Below, piece after piece: positions 15,328 to 20,000 of a DNA stretch of 20,000 nucleotides. Position 1 is the first letter of the stretch, and the number at the start of each line of letters is the position of its first letter. The stretch is from Candidatus Rokuibacteriota bacterium (lineage in GTDB: Bacteria > JAUVQV01 > DATDCY01), in the NCBI GenBank assembly GCA_031406795.1, contig JANOHV010000005.1, forward strand, positions 51,605-71,604. Direction: 5' to 3'. Position numbers and translations under genes: made by a program. The notes under the pieces were generated by a model. That model was not told the DNA's origin. It saw only the letters and a program-made list of their open reading frames with translations, and ran no database searches.

Positions 15328-16502
15328 GCCCGCGGGTGGCGCTCGTGCACGACTGGCTCACCGGGATGCGCGGCGGGGAGAAGTGCCTCGAGGCCTTGTG
15401 CGAGCTCTACCCCGCGGCGACGCTCTTCACCCTGTTTCACCGCCGCGGGCACCTCTCGCCAGCCATCGAGCGGATGCAGATCCGCACCTCCTGGCTGCAG
15501 CGCATCCCCGGCTGGCAGCGCAGCTACCGCCACCTGCTGCCCCTGTACCCGCGGGCGCTCGAGTCCTTCGACCTCGCGGGGTACGACCTCGTCATCTCGA
15601 GCAGCCACTGTGTCGCCAAGGGCGCGCGGGCGGCGCCCGGCGCGACCCACCTCTGCTACTGCCACACCCCGATGCGCTACGCCTGGGACCAGTACCGGCA
15701 CTACTTCGCTCCAGAGCGGCTCGCCTGGTGGAACCGCCGGGCGATCCCCGCGCTTATCGGCCGGATGCGTGCCTGGGATGTCGCCACCGCGGATCGGCCG
15801 CATCGCTACGCGGCCAACTCGCGGCACGTGGCCGCCCGGATCCGCGGCGCTTACGGCCGGGAAGCCGAGGTGATCTACCCGCCGGTCGACCTCGCCGGCC
15901 TGCGCCCCGGGGATGGCGCCGGCGGCTATTACCTGATGGTCAACGCGTTTGCACCGTACAAGCGCGTCGATCTCGCCGTCGAGGCCTTCAACCGCCTCGG
16001 TCGCGAACTGCTGGTCATCGGCACCGGCCAGGACGAGGCCCGCCTGCGCCGGTTGGCGAAACCGAACGTGCGCTTTCTCGGCTGGACCTCGCCCGAGCGG
16101 CTGCGCGAGGCCTACGCCGGGTGTCGCGCCTTCGTCTTCGCCGCCGAGGAAGACTTCGGCATCACCCCCGTGGAGGCCCAGGGCTGCGGCCGGCCCGTGA
16201 TCGCGCTCGGCAAGGGCGGTGCCCTCGAGACCGTGGTGCCGCACCCGGAGTACCCCGCCGCCGGCTCGCGGTCCGCCCCGGCAGCCGCGCCGACCGGGGT
16301 GCTCTACGCGGAGCAGACCACCGAGGACCTCGTCGCGGCGGTGCGCTTCTTCGAGACGCACGAGCGCGACTTCGACCCGGCGGCGATCCGCGCCTCGGTG
16401 CAGCGCTTCGCCAGGCCGCGCTATCTGGCCGAGTTCAAGGCGTTCGTGGAGCGCAATCTGCAGGCCGGGCGCCAGGCAGGCTCCGGCACTGCGAGGCCGT
16501 GA
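15324..16502 (+). CDS. GT4 glycosyltransferase (WbaZ-like)
   Basis: GTG 15324 (GTGA overlap); RVALVHDWLTGMRGGEKCL, SSSHCVAKG, CYCHTPMRYAWD, PYKRVDLA, EEDFGITPVEAQGCGRPVIA. Confidence 0.92.
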   Translation: MSPRVALVHDWLTGMRGGEKCLEALCELYPAATLFTLFHRRGHLSPAIERMQIRTSWLQRIPGWQRSYRHLLPLYPRALESFDLAGYDLVISSSHCVAKGARAAPGATHLCYCHTPMRYAWDQYRHYFAPERLAWWNRRAIPALIGRMRAWDVATADRPHRYAANSRHVAARIRGAYGREAEVIYPPVDLAGLRPGDGAGGYYLMVNAFAPYKRVDLAVEAFNRLGRELLVIGTGQDEARLRRLAKPNVRFLGWTSPERLREAYAGCRAFVFAAEEDFGITPVEAQGCGRPVIALGKGGALETVVPHPEYPAAGSRSAPAAAPTGVLYAEQTTEDLVAAVRFFETHERDFDPAAIRASVQRFARPRYLAEFKAFVERNLQAGRQAGSGTARP

Positions 16503-16679
16503 CCCGCAAACGCAAGCCCGAGGTGACGGCAATAGCCGCGTTCCTTAGCACGTTGAGCGACGGCGGGATGATGGGCGGCGGGCCGGGCGGCGGCTACTAA
16601 GCCTTATGCTCGTTGGAGCGTGCTGGACAGGGCCTCGGCGGGCGTTCACAATGCCGGAAACAGCTGAGGGAGGAGACCG

Positions 16680-17333
16680 ATGAAATGGATCGTCGCGGGA
16701 ATCGTCGCAGTGACGGCAGGGTTTGGCCTGGCCGGCGCCGTCCAGGCGCAGCAGAGGACCATGAGCTTCTTCGTGACCAGCGTCGGCTCGGGCAAAGGCG
16801 CAGACTTCGGCGGCCTTGAGGGCGCCGACCGGCATTGCCAGGAGCTGGCGGCCGCGGTCGGCGCTGGCGGCCGGCAGTGGCGGGCCTACCTGAGCACCCA
16901 GGCTTCCGCGGGCCAGCCCGCCGTCAACGCCCGCGACCGCATCGGCAAGGGCCCCTGGCGGAACGCCAAGGGCGAGGTGATCGCGAAGGATGTCGATGAA
17001 CTTCACGGCGCGAACAAACTGACCAGGCAGACGGCGCTCAACGAGCGCGGCGACGTGGTGAAGGGCCGCGGCGACACGCCGAACCAACACGACATCCTGA
17101 CCGGCACGCGGCCGGACGGCACGGCGTTCGCCGACGCCGAGGACAAGACCTGCGGCAACTGGACCAGGAGCGGCGAGGGCTCCGCGGTAGTCGGCCACCA
17201 CGACCGGATGGGGCTCAATACCGAGCCGCCCGCGCTGTCGTGGAATTCGTCGCACGGGTCGCGCGGGTGCGGCGACGACGCGCTGAGGGCCACCGGGGGC
17301 GCGGGATTCGTTTACTGCTTCGCCGCGGATTGA
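16680..17333 (+). CDS. Secreted endostatin/C-type-lectin-like protein (DUF1554-like)
   Basis: Signal peptide ending AVQA; SFFVTS, GGLEGADRHCQELA, WRAYLS, ARDRIGKGPW, HDILTG, TCGNWT, YCFA; strong GAGGAG SD. Confidence 0.8.
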   Translation: MKWIVAGIVAVTAGFGLAGAVQAQQRTMSFFVTSVGSGKGADFGGLEGADRHCQELAAAVGAGGRQWRAYLSTQASAGQPAVNARDRIGKGPWRNAKGEVIAKDVDELHGANKLTRQTALNERGDVVKGRGDTPNQHDILTGTRPDGTAFADAEDKTCGNWTRSGEGSAVVGHHDRMGLNTEPPALSWNSSHGSRGCGDDALRATGGAGFVYCFAAD

Positions 17334-17516
17334 ACGCTCAGCCGCTGGCGGCGGTCGGACTCCTGAGCGGGGCGATCCCCGACCGCGCCGGCGGTGCCAC
17401 TCGTGCCAGCGTTGCGCATCGTCCGCCGCTTGCTCCCGCGCGGCGAGCATCGATGAGTCCGCGCAGCGTGACGGGAAGGCGGCAACCTCTTCGTTCCCGC
17501 CGCTTAGCGCGAGCGT

Positions 17517-17545
17517 CTGAAGAAATTCGAAAACACTGGTAGACT
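17517..17545 (+). promoter_or_regulatory. Possible extended -10 sigma70 promoter for the ABC1 kinase gene
   Basis: CTGAAG - 17 nt - TAGACT with TGG immediately before the -10 hexamer, in a short AT-rich patch. Confidence 0.3.
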
Positions 17546-17568
17546 TCGACCATTGCCGGGAGGAGCGC

Positions 17569-19200
17569 ATGGCGGTAAGAATCGATCCGGAGAACAGCAC
17601 CCTGCTGCGCGCGGCGCCGCGACTCATGCAAATCCTGCGCGTTCTCGCCCGGCACAACTTCCTGGGCGCTTTGCGCGGCAAGCGGCATTGGCCGTCGCCG
17701 CGGGAGGTGCGTGAAACCTTCGAGGAGCTGGGGCTGGCCTTTCTCAAGTTCGGCCAGGTGCTCGCGATGCGGCGCGATCTGCTGCCGGACGCCTACATCG
17801 ACGAGTTGGAACAATTGCACGACCAACTGCCGGCACTGGGCTTTGACGCGGTGCGCGCGACGGTCGAAGCCGAGCTGGGATCCCCGTTGACGAAAGTGTT
17901 CGCATCGTTCAGTGAAGCGCCGCTGGCCGCCGCCACGATCGCCCAAGTGCACGAGGCGACCATGCATAACGGTCGCCACGTGGTCGTGAAAGTGCAGCGC
18001 CCCGGCCTTGAAGCGATGATTGCCACGGATATCGCGGCGCTGACCTACCTGGTGGCCCTGGGGGAAGGCCTCTTTCCTCGCCTGCGCGCGCTCGACCTCC
18101 CCGTGCTGGTGCGTGAGTTTGCCAACAGCCTGAACCGGGAAACCGATTTCGGACGCGAAGCGCGTTCCATAGTGCTCTTTCGCGCCGCGTTGGTGGATGT
18201 CCCCGACCTCTGGATTCCGGATGTCGTGGCGGAGTGTTCGAGCGGAGCCGTGCTCACGCTGGAGTTTTCAGCCGGCGAACGGGTGGACCTTTACGCCAGG
18301 CTGCACCCCGAAGCGATGCCGCGGGCGATCAAGACTCTGGTCAGGCTGATGCTGCAGACGATCTTCGAGGAGGGGTTGTTTCACGCCGACCCGCACCCGG
18401 GCAACGTCTTCGTTCTGCCCGACGGGCGGCTTTCCCTTCTCGATTTCGGGATGACGGGTGAGCTTGACGAGCCGATGCGCGAATCGCTGAAACTTCTGCT
18501 CGAAGCGGTCGTCAAAGGCGATGCGCGGGCCGCCACCGAGGCGTACCTCGAGATGACGACGGGGGGCGAGAAGGTCAACCGTGCAGCACTGCTGCTGGAC
18601 ATCAAGGCGGTGCTCTATGAAATCCACCGGTCCGACTTGACGGATGTTTCAATCGGGGACACCTTCGATTCGCTGTTGCGCGCCGGCAGCCGGCACGGGG
18701 TCCACAATCCCGGCGAGTTCTTCCTGCTGACGCGCGCCTTCGTCATCCTTGAGGCGATGATCCGCCAACTCGATCCGGACCATAATTACCTGGGGTCGTT
18801 CCGCGAGGAGATCTCGCGCCTGACCGCGCAGCACTTCTCGATGGAGCGGGTCAAGGAAAAAACAACCAAGCTGGCGCGCGAACTGGAGCGTTTGATCAGC
18901 GATGCGCCCGGCGACACGCGCCGCGTCCTTCGACATTTCGCCGAAGGCGACCTGGGCCGCCTGCAGACTCCGGCTGTGGAGGCCCTGGGCGGCCGCATCA
19001 GCCGAAACCTCGAGCGGCTCACCGGCGCGATCGCTTCCTCGGCGCTCGTAATCGCCGGCGCTCTGCTGGTGATTGCGCCGCTGGGCGGCTGGCATCACGT
19101 TCTCGGAGAGGCGATGGCGATCGCCGGTTTTCTCGGCACGCTCTTCGTCTGGGTCGGCATTTTGCGTCACGATCGCGGCCGTGGCCGCGGTCGACGATGA
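17569..19200 (+). CDS. UbiB/AarF/ABC1 atypical kinase family protein
   Basis: ELGLAFLKFGQVLA.RRDLLP, PLAAATIAQVH, VVVKVQRPG, FHADPHPGN, LLDFGM, two C-terminal hydrophobic helices; GGAGGAG SD. Confidence 0.92.
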   Translation: MAVRIDPENSTLLRAAPRLMQILRVLARHNFLGALRGKRHWPSPREVRETFEELGLAFLKFGQVLAMRRDLLPDAYIDELEQLHDQLPALGFDAVRATVEAELGSPLTKVFASFSEAPLAAATIAQVHEATMHNGRHVVVKVQRPGLEAMIATDIAALTYLVALGEGLFPRLRALDLPVLVREFANSLNRETDFGREARSIVLFRAALVDVPDLWIPDVVAECSSGAVLTLEFSAGERVDLYARLHPEAMPRAIKTLVRLMLQTIFEEGLFHADPHPGNVFVLPDGRLSLLDFGMTGELDEPMRESLKLLLEAVVKGDARAATEAYLEMTTGGEKVNRAALLLDIKAVLYEIHRSDLTDVSIGDTFDSLLRAGSRHGVHNPGEFFLLTRAFVILEAMIRQLDPDHNYLGSFREEISRLTAQHFSMERVKEKTTKLARELERLISDAPGDTRRVLRHFAEGDLGRLQTPAVEALGGRISRNLERLTGAIASSALVIAGALLVIAPLGGWHHVLGEAMAIAGFLGTLFVWVGILRHDRGRGRGRR

Positions 19201-19287
19201 CGGCGGAGGGTTGCAGGTGGCGGGCAGCGTCGTGCCGGCGGCCTTCAGCCGAAACCCCTGAGTCCCGAGAAGATCCGGAGGACCACC

Positions 19288-20000
19288 ATGTGCGCTCAAG
19301 CATTCGACCCGGCCGGTCTCCAGGCCGCCGACACTCCGGAGGAAAGCGGTCCCGAGGTCCGCAGCGAAGCCATTCTGCTCGAGGCGGGGGCGCTGCAGAA
19401 TGCGATTTTCAACAGCGCGAACTTTTCGAGCATCGCCACCGACGCGAAGGGGGTCATCCAGATCTTCAACGTCGGCGCTGAACGCATGCTTGGCTACAAA
19501 GCCGCCGAAGTGCTGAACAAGATCACGCCGGCCGACATCTCCGACCCGCAGGAGGTGATAGCGCGCGCCAAGGAATTGAGCCTCGAACTCGGGACCCCGA
19601 TCACCCCGGGTTTCGAGGCCCTGGTGTTCAAGGCCTCGCGCGGCATCGAGGACATCTACGAGCTGACCTACATCCGCAAGGACGGCAGCCGCTTCCCGGC
19701 GGTGGTGTCCGTTACGGCACTGCGCGACGCGCAGGACGCCATCATCGGCTATCTGCTGATCGGCACCGACAACACCGCGCGCAAGCAGATCGAGGCAGAG
19801 CAGAAGCAGCTCGGTCAGCGTCTGCGCGACCATCAGTTCTACACCCGCTCCCTTTTCGAATCCAACATCGACGCGATCATGACCACCGATCCGTCCGGCA
19901 TCATCACCGATGTCAATAAACAGATGGAGGTGCTCACCGACTGCACACGCGATGAACTTATCGGCGCGCCGTTCAAGAACTACTTCACCGATCCGGATCG
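19288..20000 (+). CDS. Multi-PAS domain sensor protein, 3' end outside the window (missing from the ORF track)
   Basis: GGAGG SD at 19277-19281, ATG 19288; AIFNSANFSSIATDAKGVIQIFNVGAERMLGY...YIRKDGSRFPAVVSVTALRD...IGTDNTARK, second PAS FESNIDAIMTTDPSGIITDVNKQME; output domain not visible. Confidence 0.9.
   Translation, partial: MCAQAFDPAGLQAADTPEESGPEVRSEAILLEAGALQNAIFNSANFSSIATDAKGVIQIFNVGAERMLGYKAAEVLNKITPADISDPQEVIARAKELSLELGTPITPGFEALVFKASRGIEDIYELTYIRKDGSRFPAVVSVTALRDAQDAIIGYLLIGTDNTARKQIEAEQKQLGQRLRDHQFYTRSLFESNIDAIMTTDPSGIITDVNKQMEVLTDCTRDELIGAPFKNYFTDPD

Noticed and set aside
17345-17510. GC-rich hairpins (GCGGTCGG/CCGACCGC) after the lectin-like gene
   Set aside because: No U-tract and no other copy in the window; cannot support a terminator or ncRNA call
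19197-19481. ATGA-overlapping ORF after the ABC1 kinase gene
   Set aside because: Runs out of frame into the PAS gene rather than ending on its start; shows that ATGA overlaps can arise by chance
1-20000. CRISPR array, tRNA/rRNA, transposase, integrase, defence or toxin genes
   Set aside because: No regularly spaced repeats, cloverleaf or corresponding protein motifs seen

Overview
GC-rich bacterial chromosomal window (roughly 70% GC by eye; gene content suggests an anaerobic, deltaproteobacteria-like or candidate-phylum organism) built around an AT-rich divergent promoter region at ~8520-8684. Leftward (- strand): DUF39 homocysteine-biosynthesis sulfurtransferase, NIL/2[4Fe-4S] ferredoxin, NifS/IscS cysteine desulfurase, then a surface-glycan module: a WbdD(O8)-like methyltransferase with an N-terminal helical/coiled-coil domain, a double-GT4 glycosyltransferase, a stand-alone copy of that helical domain, and a paralogous GT4 running off the left edge. 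Rightward (+ strand): mobA, fdhD, ruvX/yqgF, mltG, an SLT lytic transglycosylase, pgsA and three GT4 glycosyltransferases, followed by a secreted endostatin/C-type-lectin-like protein, a UbiB/ABC1 kinase and a partial PAS sensor. Most interesting signals: (1) a duplicated 'helical adaptor + GT4' gene pair suggesting an uncharacterised glycan assembly/chain-length module; (2) a cysteine desulfurase in the slot after DUF39/NIL-ferredoxin and back-to-back with mobA-fdhD, a possible shared persulfide hub; (3) tiny bridge ORFs that exactly span every intergenic gap of the + operon with stop/start overlaps at both ends; (4) palindromic MITE/REP-like inserts between genes. No rRNA, tRNA, CRISPR array or transposase seen. 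All family assignments come from motif recognition by eye, not database searches.
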